DNA of 64,000 nucleotides from Eledone cirrhosa (lineage: Eukaryota): the NCBI GenBank assembly GCA_964016885.1, contig OZ024741.1, forward strand, positions 377,828,001-377,892,000. The letters are read 5' to 3'. Shown piece after piece: positions 24,330 to 36,519 of this stretch. The position numbers and the translations under genes were made by a program. Positions within the stretch are counted from its first letter, which is position 1, and every line of letters begins with the position of its first letter. The notes beneath the pieces were generated by a model. The model saw only the letters and a list, made by a program, of their open reading frames with translations. It did no database searches and was not told the origin of the DNA.

Positions 24330-26170
24330 GTATCACTAATTGATGTTTTAGCGGCACTTTCAGAAACTCACCTTCCTTTTCAAAAGGGTCAATTGTAGGT
24401 GATGCGTGGTGATTTTACGTTTTTCTTGAAGTTGCAAAATACTCAAGAAAGAAAATAATAAGGAGTGGGCCATGCTGTGCTCACGAGTCTAGGTCAGTAG
24501 CAAATGTAGCTTCCTCGAGGTGGCATTGATCCCTTGATGAGTTCAGAGCAACTCATTTCAAGTGGCAGACATTTCGCTATATTTGTTTTTTATGATCCAA
24601 AACTTGGCAGGGATGAAGTAAAATAAACAGAATTTTATAAAATAATGAAGGAATACTCTGCCTTCACTTTTGCATGGTGATAAAATAATTCTTGTCGGAG
24701 ATTTTAATGAATGTGTGGATAACGATTGGGAGACGTAAAGCTGTATTAGAAGCTATGGGTTTGAAAAGCTAATAGTATCGTTCTACTTCGCCTGGGGTTG
24801 TGTAATATGTTCAACATGTATCTCAAGCACACACTTCATCACATGGACGCATATATCTATTTGTTCGCACACGTGATATTCAAGATATCTCTAACGTCTT
24901 ATCTATGCGAATTGTTGAGTGCAGGACTGACCAGTGTTTGTTGAGAGCAAACATGTATTTAGTAATGACACATCAGTCAGAAATAATAACACTCCTACGC
25001 TTCCAAAATGTCACGATTTGGTTACATTTTACAATGCAGCGTAGACCTTGTTGGAATTACTACCGACAGCAAGAAATAAAGGATATTTTGATGAGAATGT
25101 TCAGAAGAAAAAAGAAACAAATATTGTGACGAAGATTTCTGTCAAGGTGCAAATGTTATAAACATGTAGACTATGAGAACATTTTTAAAAGCCTTGGGGA
25201 ATGACGTTACATTCAATGTGACTGATAATCAAAACTCGCATCATATATGGAGATTGCTGCATAATTCGTTGAAACTGGCCTTTGGACCATAATCCAATAA
25301 GATAAATCCACTCAGATTCAATGATTATCTGACATAGATGAAACGGCCAATTCAAACATTCCCGATTAGAGCAAACATTATTAATAATTTTTAACAGAGA
25401 TATATATCGTTTCTAGTAATGCCCTTCGACGTTTTGAAGACGAAATATTAGCATACAAAAACCTAATTGTAAAGATGTGTTCAAGACTAAATAATAATAT
25501 ATCACATCTTATCTAACCAGAAGCACCATGTGGCTTCTACCCTAAATGATATATGATATTTGCTATGAACAATGAAAGGATATCTCGCAGGTTTTTTTTG
25601 TAATTAACATAAGTCTCTGAATCGGTAAACATAGCTGTTCTGTAGAAGATACTTATCCAAATACGGCGAACAGAATACACTAATTGCCTAATCAAATACT
25701 TCCATGGTGAGATAGAGCTTAGGGTAAATATGGATGGCATCATGTCAGAGCAATTATACATCTAAAATAATGTTAACCAGTGTCATTATATTGTTCCCAA
25801 ACTTTTCTCAATATGTCTACGATTGTCATTGATCGCTTTTGGGATTCTAACGAAGGTATTGCTCGTCACACAGGAAAGCTTTTCAACATAGGGTGCTATG
25901 GTACAATGATTAAATGCATCTATAGTGTCATACGCCATCTTGCTACCTTGATAACTTTGATCTGGTTACTCATCCAGTCCTCTATATGTAAAACTTCATT
26001 CATAGACTATGTCAGAAGGACCGAATGATGAAAGCGCTATATATCAACGGAATGCATCCTATGCACGAACAAATACAAGTCTGTAGTAGGATGGTTTAGC
26101 CACTATAGGGTTCATGATTACTGATTAAAGCCTAGTATAAGTAAATGATTGTCTTAGACGTCTAGCAACT
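24330..26170 (+). mobile_element. Ancient RTE-type LINE remnant
   Basis: AALSETH, IILVGDFN, ECRTDQ.L (APE) and GVNMDGIMSEQ (RT-like) remnants with many stops. Confidence 0.55.
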
Positions 26171-26279
26171 CAATGGCCAAATGTAGACAAGTCCACGTAA
26201 AGGCACACAACGTCACACAAACCCACAAACAAATACATCTATGTTCTCTTCAATCACTCTTGCTTGAGAGTGTCGTGGA

Positions 26280-26570
26280 GTCGGAACCCTCAAACTCACT
26301 TTCTAATCAGTCCTGTTAGAAGCAACCTTTCACCAACTGATTCGGCTGGAACCCCAAGCCGGACCACCAAATTCATGGATGCTATTCAATCATCTTGCTC
26401 AGGGTATAACACTGGGGCTCTTGTCGGTTGGATTATCCCGTGAAATCTATCCAAAGATCCCTTCTTGAAACACTCTGAATACATGCCATTAGTATCGGGG
26501 ATGTGGTCTCCTAATACGGAGATGTAGAGGCTTTAGCAGGAGTGACTCTCTGATCTACGAATTAGGTGTA
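26280..26570 (-). mobile_element. Second fragment of the Expander-like RTE 3' end
   Basis: Colinear similarity to 17790-18035. Confidence 0.55.
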
Positions 26571-27299
26571 GAATGTAGAGTCCAACAAAGTCCGTAACTT
26601 GAGCAGAGACAGTAGAACCCATGGTCATGTCAAACGTTTCAGGTCTATCCGCGTGTGTTCCTAAGTCCTCTTTGAATGTAATAATATTCTTGTTTCCCTG
26701 GCTGTTAGTATAACGTCGATTTTTTCATGGGTAAGATATGCTTACTTTAATCCATATATAAGTGTTTTATTTAGTTTTATTGAGGAGAATTAGCTACACC
26801 TAATTAAAAGAAGGATTTCCTTAATAAGCGAAGGTTTGTACCGCGAAGATGCACTTTTTACATGAGTTAATCATAATAACAGTGCCATAAATAGGAGGAA
26901 AAAATGATAATAATTTGTTTTCGTAATTACGGTGTTAACATTGAAATAGAAACCAACAGTAGGAATTCAATTTTCTCGACATAACACTGGACATCAATTC
27001 TGGCCTATACAACCGATGAATTAAACTAAAGCCATTACATTAGCTACTTCTGAAACCACCCTAGAAATGTTAAAAATCCACAGTTAAAAGCGTAGAAGGA
27101 AGGATCCCTAGACTCTCAGGAAATAGGGAAATCTTCAATAGTAAGTTTAATTACTATAATAATGTATTAGGTAGAGGTGGATAGAATGACAACATATAAT
27201 GCATACACAAAATAGAAATAATTACCCACCCAAACATAGGCATAAACAAACAAATAGCATAAACACTAACATACACATAATAAATGATAGTAATAATAA

Positions 27300-27490
27300 T
27301 GTTTCTTCTTTTGGCACAAGGCCAGCAATTACCCGGTGCTGGTACTTTAATTTATCGACCCCGTAAAGACGAAAGGGAAAGTTAATCTCGGCGAGATTAA
27401 CTTTGCCTTTCATCCTTACGAGGTCGATGAAATAAAGTACCAGTAATGCACTGGATAATTGCTTGCCTTGTGCCACAATTAGAAATAGTT
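27300..27490. mobile_element. Two head-to-head SINE 3' halves forming a fold-back centred at 27391
   Basis: AAAGTTAATCTCG-G-CGAGATTAACTTT centre; SINE tail at each outer end. Confidence 0.85.
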
Positions 27491-27561
27491 ATTATTGTTA
27501 TCATTTATTGTGTTCCTGTTAGTTTTTATGCTATTTGTTTGTTTATGGCGATGAATGGGAC

Positions 27562-27562
<1 letters not shown>

Positions 27563-27599
<37 letters not shown>

Positions 27600-27616
27600 G
27601 TAATAATAATAATAAT
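27563..27616. repeat. (AAT)n tract, LINE target
   Basis: Directly visible; similar tracts at 33502-33534, 35546-35556, 42246-42301, 47071-47088, 52889-52919, 56955-56990, 60280-60296, 60697-60729, 61726-61782. Confidence 0.95.
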
Positions 27617-27855
27617 GTTTTCTTTATTAACCACAAGGGTTTACATAAAGTAGACATTAAGGACAGTAAAGGACAATACAGGACGGTACAAATGGGCATT
27701 TCTGCGTGTAAAAAAACAGAGGTTGAAATAAAATAACAAAGAAAAATTCCCCAATAGGGGGGAGACTTCCGAGGGACATTTGTGGAGAAAGCCCATTAAA
27801 AGACCACAGTGGCCCTGACCACCAGGGCAAGTGCCCTCTCCCAGTTTTCCACCTT

Positions 27856-30800
27856 TAGTGTACAGACACATACTCAGAGAAGGCCCATTCATTCGGGCCA
27901 TACTTGCTTCTCTCACCCATCTTTCAACAAAATGCTGGGAAGAGAGCACTTCCCTCTCTACCCTGATTTTTCTTTTCAAATGAAATTTGAAAAAGTTAAT
28001 CAGGGCATCACCGAAGAGGTAAGTGCTCGTCTTCAGCCCTTTCAAACGTGTCCAACATACTATCTCTTTCGCCATGGCCACCAGACAGATAAAAACTGCC
28101 TGCCCTTCCAGGCTAAAGAAAGGGGGCGGGGCAATCCTCACGATGGACTCAGCTGATAGCTGGATCCGTACTACACGTGACAGCAGGTGTTCGACATAAA
28201 CCCACAAGTCAGCAATGCTTGGACACTGGACGAGTGCGTGCAGGACGGTTTCGTCGCCCTGCGCGCATCTCGGACATGCCCGGCTGACGGCACCTCCATG
28301 CCTGTAGAGTTTATCCTGAACTGGCAAAGCTCCTCGGTAGCACTACCAGGCCAGGGATTTCTGGAAGTTGTCCATAGGCCCCGGCCCGAAAATCCTTCCG
28401 AAGAGATTGGCTAGTTGATTTTCGTCGACGCCTAGATTTTCTCCAAGTACGGTGTCGCTCTTCCCCTCCACTAATCCCCTATAGAACGCCAAGGTGGAGT
28501 TTCCACCGATCACATTGCCCGATTGGTCGAGGGCTGTGAGCGGCTGAAGACATTCCTGTCTCCAAGCGCTCCCTCTCGGTCTTCGCTTGACCCAGGACTG
28601 CAGCTCCGTCAAGGAGACGAGCTGGGGAAAAACGTGTCTAGCAAACGGCGACCACACCTGATCACCGTCGAGGAAGAGGTGGAGATGTCGTATCCTGAGC
28701 GCGTGTCTGCGCATCATCAGCCACGGCATGCCCAGCCCTCCACGTAGCGGGTGTTGACAGCAGATGGACCGCCTGACCATCGGAGCGCGTCCCTTCCACA
28801 AGAAGCGAAAGAGCAAACGCTCCAGCGCAGTCAGGCGGGGCTTAGGACAAGGTACGACGGTCAGGCGGTAGTAGATGACGGATGCGATGTACGCATTCGC
28901 CACCTCCGCTCGACCTTTCAGGGATAGCTTCCTCTCGGCCCATTTCTGGGTGAGAGAAGCCACCCTGCTCGTCACCTCGTCCCAGTTTTTGTCCGTCTGG
29001 AGGTTTGGACCGAACCAGACCCCTAGCAATTTAACTGTCCGTCCGTCCAGCGCCCGACAACGCTGTTGGACGGCATGGACCTGCCTCTCCAGGTGCCGAG
29101 CTGCAGGCCCACTGACTTTTCCTGGTTGATCATTGCTCCTCTCAACGCTTTGTATTCTCATAGTGTAGTGCCGATCGCCTCGATGTGTTTGGCGTTCGAC
29201 ACCACTACGATGACATCGTCGGCATATGCTGACACGGATCTTCCGCATCCTAGTTCGCGCGGGACCCCCCTCAACGTCTCCAGTTTGTGCAGTAATGGCT
29301 CGAGAGTCAATACGTACAATAGGGACGAGAGGGGACATCCTTGGCGGACCGAGCGCATGTTGTTGAACGGTTCCGAAAGGTGACCATTCACTCTCACTAC
29401 AGAGCAGATGTCGCTGTGCATGGCAGCGATCCAGCCTCTGAAGACGGGCCCAAAGCCAGCCGCCCTCAGGACTGCCGCTAGGTAACGATGGTCGACCCTA
29501 TCGAAGGCTTTCGACTGATCTAATTTGACCAAAGACCCACCCGTGCCAGGTTCCCTAGCTACCCTCTCTACGATGTATCGCATGAGGTGGAGGTTGTCGT
29601 GGATGGATCTGTCGGTAATGGCGCATGTCTGTGCCTCTCCCACCAGACCACCAACGACAAGCGCCAACCTCTTTGCTAGCACCTTGGCCAAAATCTTGAA
29701 CTCTGTGTTTAGCAGAGTTATGGGCCTAAAATTATCTATGTTATCCCCCTTGTTCGGATCCTTTCTCAGCAGCGCCACCGCTCCTCGGCTCACAGAGCTG
29801 GGAATTCTCCCGTTCTGTTGCCAGTTGCAGTAGACGTCCGCCAAGAGGCCTCCGAACAAGTTTGGGATGTGTACGTAAAGTTCATAGGGCAGACCATCCA
29901 AACCAGGCGATATACCCCTTGTGCAACTAGTCATTGCATCGCGTACTTCAGCGGTTGTTATCGGCTTTTCGCAACACTCCGCCTCAGTGGCCGCAAGCCA
30001 CGGCAGTCCGTCGAGGTAGACACTAAAGTCCATCCCGCGATCCGGCCCGCCACTACCCCCAAACAGTTGAGCGAAGTGTCGCTGAAAAGCTTCACACATT
30101 TGCCCTGGATCGAGTAGCATGCGCCCGTCGTGGTCCACCAAAGACCGGATCGTGGCTTTGTTGCCACGACGCGCCTCCGCCACTCGGGCCCATTGAACGG
30201 CTTTCGTTCCCTCGTGTCTGAGAGCACGCACCCTAGCTGTGACAACGCAGCCTTCGTGCTTTGCATTGAAGAATTGGTCAAGGGCCAATTTCGCCGCAAG
30301 TACGTCGGTCGCGATGTCTTTGCTAAGCGCCTCATCTAATTTTCTAACTAATTCTCCCCCTGCTCTATTTTTCTCTATTGCTAAAGTTTTGCTAAACCTA
30401 ATCTATTCTAATTGCTCTTTTCAGAGCAAACCACCACTTGTTGTTGACGATGGCCCCCGTCAACGCCCGCTTAACTAGTTCGCTAATCCGGTCTCTGTAG
30501 GCCTTGCGCGCTGGTAAGGACGCGTTCAACTTCCAGTAGCCGGGTCCTCGTCTATGAAGCCTATCTAAGTCAAGCACACAGATCACGAATTTGTGGTCCG
30601 TGTAGCTGACTATCTTGAATTGTGCACAGCCTATGCTAGACCTATCTATTTCCCTACAAAATACTCTATCTAGATATGATCTGGATGACCCTATGCGATT
30701 TGTCCAAGTCCACATTGGTACATTCGGGAAATCCATTCGGTACATGTCAGACAGTTCAAAACGTCTGAGCAGGTTGGTGAGACTCTTCCACTCTCCTTCC

Positions 30801-31273
30801 CTATCCACTAATACCATACAATCCCAGCGTGCATCTAAGATCCCGTTCCAGTCGCCCACTAACACTAAAGAGTGGGACGTTCCAAGAAAGGTCTCCAGAC
30901 GCCGGAAGAAATCAGGCCGCCCTGCTCCTGTCGGGGATTAGACGGCCACTAACCTGAAAGCTTGCCCGTCTCCGCTGGTCACGTCCAGCCCCACCAACTT
31001 ACCTTCTGGGTCCAGGAAGATGGCCCGTATGGCAAGATCCAAACCTCTCCGAAAAAGCACAGCAACTCCTCCCCCCGATCACGGACGGCTGGGAGATGCG
31101 TACACATCGTAGTCTCCGAAGATCGGTGCGAAAGCCTGTGCTTCGGAGATTCTGGTCTCGCTGATGGCCACTACATCTATGTTTAGTGACCTGAGGTCGT
31201 TGAGCAGGTGGCTCTGCTTCCCTGACGACCCCAAGCCACGCGCATTTATGCTGCCTATTCTGAGTGAGGTCAT
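27856..31273 (-). pseudogene. Tx1 family A ORF2 (APE, RT, C-terminal CCHC), fragmented
   Basis: SINARGL, VGDWN, SYLDR, YTDH; SPGLDG, FRPITLLN, KAFDRVDH, RQGCPLS, AYADD; CPRC..ETVLHALVQC. Confidence 0.92.
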
Positions 31274-31307
31274 GTTGAAAAGGAGTGGAAAAGATGAGAA
31301 AGACCAC

Positions 31308-33293
31308 TTACCTTACATCTCGTAGGGGAAGAACGGTTTTTCCATCCTTTTCACTGCTTGTGGTCTCCTCAGGAAGGATGTCCTTATAAATCCTCCTGGA
31401 GAGTGCTTGTCGGAAGTCTCCGATGTCTTTGGGGAATTTTTGTTTTAGTGTCATGTACGTTTTCTGTGTGATGCGAGTGATTTGTATGTGTGGAGGTGGT
31501 GTGAATTTTGGGGTTGTTGTGTAGTCTTTTTCTGTGATGCTGGTGTTGTGTTGGATGTAGTGTAATAATTGCTTGTTGTTCAAATGTAATGCTGTGTAGT
31601 GTGTATCGTTTTGGTTGTTTTGTTTTGTTTGCGTTTGTTGTGGGTTTGTTTCTGTTTCGCATTTTGGTGACTTTTGAGGTGTAGGTGATGGTGGTGCTGG
31701 GGTTAATGACGGTGATGGCGTTGGTGTTTGGGTTGATGGGGTTGGTGATGCTGGTGTGGATGGTGGCATATCTGTCCTAACTTTTTTGTTTCTTAATTTA
31801 TTTGTTTCCCTCTGTATTTTGTTTTTGGAGGGGGAAGGAAGAGAATTTTTTTCTTTTTTGGTTTCTTTTTTTTCCGGATATCGTTTCCTACTCCTCGTCG
31901 TCACAATCTGTCTCCAGTTGTGATAGGCCGGGGAGTGGAAAATCCTCCACAGGCGTTAGTTTTGGTTGTGGTGTGGTGGATGGTGTAGACGCTGGTGCTA
32001 GTTCTGAAGCGTTGGGTGGTGGTGGTGTTGGTTTTGCTGGTGGTGGTAGTGGTGTTGGTTTTGCTACTGTTGCTGGGGTTGTTGCTGTTATAGTTGCTTC
32101 TGTTGTTGCTGCTACAGTTGTTGCTGCCATCTCTGCTACTGGTGGTGTTGATGGTTGTGTCACTGGGGTGGGTAGGAGAGGTGGCGTCAACCTTTTAGCC
32201 TGAGGGCAGAAAACCCTTAGGTGGGTTCCTTCACCACAAACGACACACCTAGGTCTTCTGCCCTCGACTATTACCGTGAGGTGGATGCCGTCAGTGAGGT
32301 CTATTACCTCTGGGATCTCCTCAATACTTTTTTGGTCCGCTTGGATCAGGAGCTCCATCCCAGATCCGGACCAGTTCTCCTGCTTTTCTTTTGCTATTGC
32401 TATTATTTTCGTGTTGGCTTCGATGCCGGCGAGGAAAGCCGCTATTAGCCAGGGAATTTCGATGGCCGGTGGAACGTGGGTCACCCTGATCTTTACGAGT
32501 CTCTGGCCACAATAGCTTGGGACGAGTGTGAAGTCGTCACTTTTTAATGGGGCCATGGAGTGTTCTCTAGCCTCCTCTGGTGTTTCAAAGAACACATCCA
32601 CGGTTCCATACTTTTGCCCACGTCTGATGTGGGTTTTTCTTGCCCACACATGTCCCAAAGCTTTTTGGATTTGGGACTCGGATGCCCGTTCCACTCGGCG
32701 CGATTTTACATTTATTGTTCTATACGACACGGTGCATAGGCGCCGATGCTCCATTTTATTAGGTGGGGGTGAGGCTGACCCTGTACCCATCTTTCTTTAC
32801 CATTTGTTTGGCATTTTCTAAATCTTCCTGAGTTACCGTGAATGCTTCAAACTGTTTTGCTACTATGGCGAAACTGAGGGTCGGTTTTATAATGTCATTG
32901 TTGTTGTTGCTATCGTTATTTGTGTTAATATTAATTTTAGTTTCAGTTGTGGTGGTGGTGACGTCAGTCGTCTTTGGTGGGGAAGAGTCCATTTTGCTTG
33001 ATTTCATTTCGACATCACGAGTTAATTTATTTTTTTCTTCTTTTGTTTATGTTGTCGCGGTGGTGGTGGGCGTGGTGGTTGTCGCGTTGGTGGTGGTGAT
33101 GGAGGCTTTAACACCTGCAGTCATTGGTAATGGCGGGAAATGAATGTCTGCCTGAGACAAATTTAAAATATTGCTACTGTTATATTTTTTTTGTGTTGGC
33201 AAACGTAGTAACATTTACAATGGTGGTGTCGGTGTGAGGTGTTAATTTGTGAGGAAGGCTTTCAGCTGCTTGTTGCAGAGGTGAATTAGCCAT
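31308..33293 (-). pseudogene. Tx1 family A ORF1 (gag-like, CCHC knuckle, T/P-rich), fragmented
   Basis: CVVCGEGTHLRVFC; near-identical to ORF 62124-63503. Confidence 0.85.
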
Positions 33294-33501
33294 TTTTCTC
33301 AAAGAAATTTTTTTGATAATAATAAAAGTTTATATTTTGGGCACAAGGCCCCAATCTTTTTGGGTGTCCTTTTCGGAAAACGATGTATGTGCGCTTATAA
33401 ACAGTTAACAATAACATTTTCCATAAATGACAATTTTTAACAAACGGAAATAACAAACCTTTGCGGAGCTCACGATGATACGATTTACTACGTAGGTCGC
33501 C

Positions 33502-33534
<33 letters not shown>

Positions 33535-33536
<2 letters not shown>

Positions 33537-35545
33537 TTTCATTTATTAGCCACAAGGGCCGACATGTAGGGGACAATACAAAGACAGGGACAGTGGGGGT
33601 TTACAATAAGGTCGAGTAAAAGTGCACAATGGCAAGACTAATTTAACAATGAAAATATAAAATATAAAATAAACTATGCAAAATATAACAAAATAAATTC
33701 CCCGAAAGGGGGTGGACGACCCTGGGGTGATTCGGGTACCCCTCCAATCCTGAACCCCCCTGCGCTTCTAGGGCACCCAGGAGAGCACCCCTCTCCTCAA
33801 GTTAGCTAGCCTATAGGCGCATGGTCAGAGTAGGCCCATTCACACGAGCCATTCTTGCCACATTCACCCACCTTTTAGCAAATGTACTGGGGGGCAGCAC
33901 TTCTCTCTCCACCCTCACCCTCCTTTCCAGGTGAAACTTGAAGAAGTTGATGAGGGATTGGCCGAAGAGAAAAGTGTCTGTCTTTAGTCCTTTCAACCTG
34001 GTCCACCATATAATCTCTTTCGCAACTGCCACCAGACAGAAGAAAATGTCCTGCTCTTCCTGACCTAAGGAAGGTGGCGGCTCGATCTTCACTATGGATT
34101 CGGCCGATAACTGGATTCGTTCCACACGCGAGAGTAGCTGTTCGACATAACTCCACAAGTCAGTAATGCACGGACATTGGACAAGTGCGTGCAGAACGGT
34201 TTCGTCGTTCTGTGCGCATCTTGGGCAGGTCCGTCTGACAGCACTTCCGTGCCTGTAGAGTTTATCCAACATTCCAGGTGCTAGTCACCCAGTCTCGGTC
34301 TCTTCTTCACCCAGGACTGCAGCTCAGTCAAAGAAATGAGCTGCGGAAAGGCCCGTCTGATAAACGGCGACCACACCTGTTCACCATTGAGGCAGAATAT
34401 CTGGAGATGTCGCAGCTTCAACGCATGTCTGCGCAGCCTCAACGGCATGCCCAGCCCTCCGTGTAGAGGGTGCTGGCAGCAGATGGACCGCCTCACCAAC
34501 GGAACTTGTCCCCTCGACAAGAATTTGAAGAGGAGCCGTTCCAACTTGACGAGGCGCGGACGGGGGCAAGGCACGACGGTTAGGCGGTAATAGATGACGG
34601 ACGCGATGTACGCATTCGCCACCTCCGCGCGACCTTTCAGTGATAGCTTCCTCCCAGCCCATTTTTGGGTGAGACTGGCTACTCTGCTCGTTACCTCGTC
34701 CCAATTCTTTTCCACCTGGAGGTCTGGTTCGAACCAAACCCCGAGCAACTTTACTGGTCCGTCCGTCCAGCGCCCCACGACGCTGTTGGACGGCATGGGC
34801 TTGCCTCTCCAGGTTCCGAGCTGCAAGCCCACCGACTTTTCCGGGTTAAGTTTGGCTCCTGTCAACCTTTCATATTCCTTCAATAAGGTGCCGACCACCT
34901 CGATTTCTGAGGTGTTCGACACCATCACGGTGATGTCGTCCGCATAAGCCGACACCGCCTTTCCACGTCCCGGTTCGAGCGGGATGCCCTGCAACAGCTC
35001 CAGCTTCCGCAGAAAAGGTTCGAGAGTCAATACGTACAGAAGGGAAGAGAGAGGGCACCCTTGACGGACCGATCGGGAGAGCCGAAATGGTTCCAAGAGA
35101 TGGCCTTTAACCTTGACCACCGAGCGTGTGCCGCTGTGCATTGCAACGATCCAGCTTCTAAAGACAGGGCCGAAGCCAGCTGCTTTGAGGACAAACTCCA
35201 GATACCGATGGTCGACCCTATCGAATGCTTTCGATTGATCTAAATTGATCAGTGCCCCACCGAAGCCAGGTTTACACCCAACCCTCTCTATGATGTATCG
35301 CATGAGGTGGAGATTGTCGTGTATGGACTTGGCTGGGATTGCGCAAATTTGCGCCTCCCCAACCAAATCCTCGACGACAAGCGCCAATCTCTTTGCTAAC
35401 ACCTTGGCCAAAATCTTAAACTCTGTGTTGAGCAGAGTTATGGGCCTGAAGTTGTCTAATGTATCACTCTTGTTCTCGTCTTTCCTTATCAGCGTCACCA
35501 CTCCCCTGCTCACAGAACTGGGAATACTCCCATTCTGCTGCCAGT
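33535..35545 (-). mobile_element. Tx1 family B, 5'-truncated RT/CCHC copy flanked by (AAT)n
   Basis: ORFs 34281-35513 and 33811-34272 closely match 47341-49788; internal deletion near 34270. Confidence 0.93.
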
Positions 35546-36519
35546 AATAATAATAAGAATAAGGGAAGAAGACGCACGAGGTGGTAGAACGTCACGAAAT
35601 TGCTCCCGTAAGTTTTTTGATTTTTAACATATTTAAATCAATTGTGAAAGAACAATTCTTAGCACAAATGTTGCATAAAGGCACCGAATGAGGTCCCATA
35701 AAGTTTCGGATCCATATTATATTGTTGTATCGCTCACATATTCAATTTTGTATTATATATTTTGTATTCAAAAAAAGAAAATGGTTATAAATGGAACAAA
35801 ACACCCTCTGTCTACACTATATAGAACAGCAGCAATTTCAATTTCACCAACACCAGAAACTTGATACGCTACCTATCCCATCACACTAAATATAACAGCC
35901 AGAAAACGGCAATTTCACCAGCATCAGAATAATATTTACTATTATTATTGTCTCAAATTTAAAAAAATGTTTAATTCAAATTTTACGGGAATATGTCAAC
36001 ACAAAATATAATAAAAATATATATTAAACATACGAACACAAACTCATAGATACTATATCAGTAACCACAACACCACCGCTGCCACCACCCCACCACATCC
36101 ATCATCGCCGCCACCACTCATTCAATGCTACTGACACTATTCCCCTGTTAACTTGATAGAGAAAAGGGAAGGTGGCGGTAGCACTAGACAAGAGAGAGGC
36201 TAGCAAAAGATACAAATAGATTGACTTGGTGACCTTGCCACGGCCAAACGTCTACATCAACAATTATGGGACTGCTGGCTCACCCCTTTCTCACCAACAA
36301 TATAAAAATCCCCGGCACCACCACCGACATAGCCAACAACAATAACAGCCAACTACAACAAATAGTATATTATAGTATTGTAATGCACTGGGTGATTGCT
36401 GGCCTTGTGCCTGGAGTGGAGACAATTATTAATCATTTCATTCTTAAGCCACGCAATGCTCACATTAAGGAACCACTCATGATAATAACAATTTAAAAAA
36501 AAAAAACAACAAAAAGAAA

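Larger units (their letters stand above)
27617..33501 (-). mobile_element. Tx1/L1-clade LINE family A, full length (~5.9 kb), inactivated, flanked by (AAT)n on both sides
   Basis: ORF1 with zinc knuckle; ORF2 APE-RT-CCHC; 5' end matches the copy starting at 61783. Confidence 0.93.

Noticed and set aside
35570-35760. Possible small Helitron-like element
   Set aside because: Termini not identifiable; single copy in window
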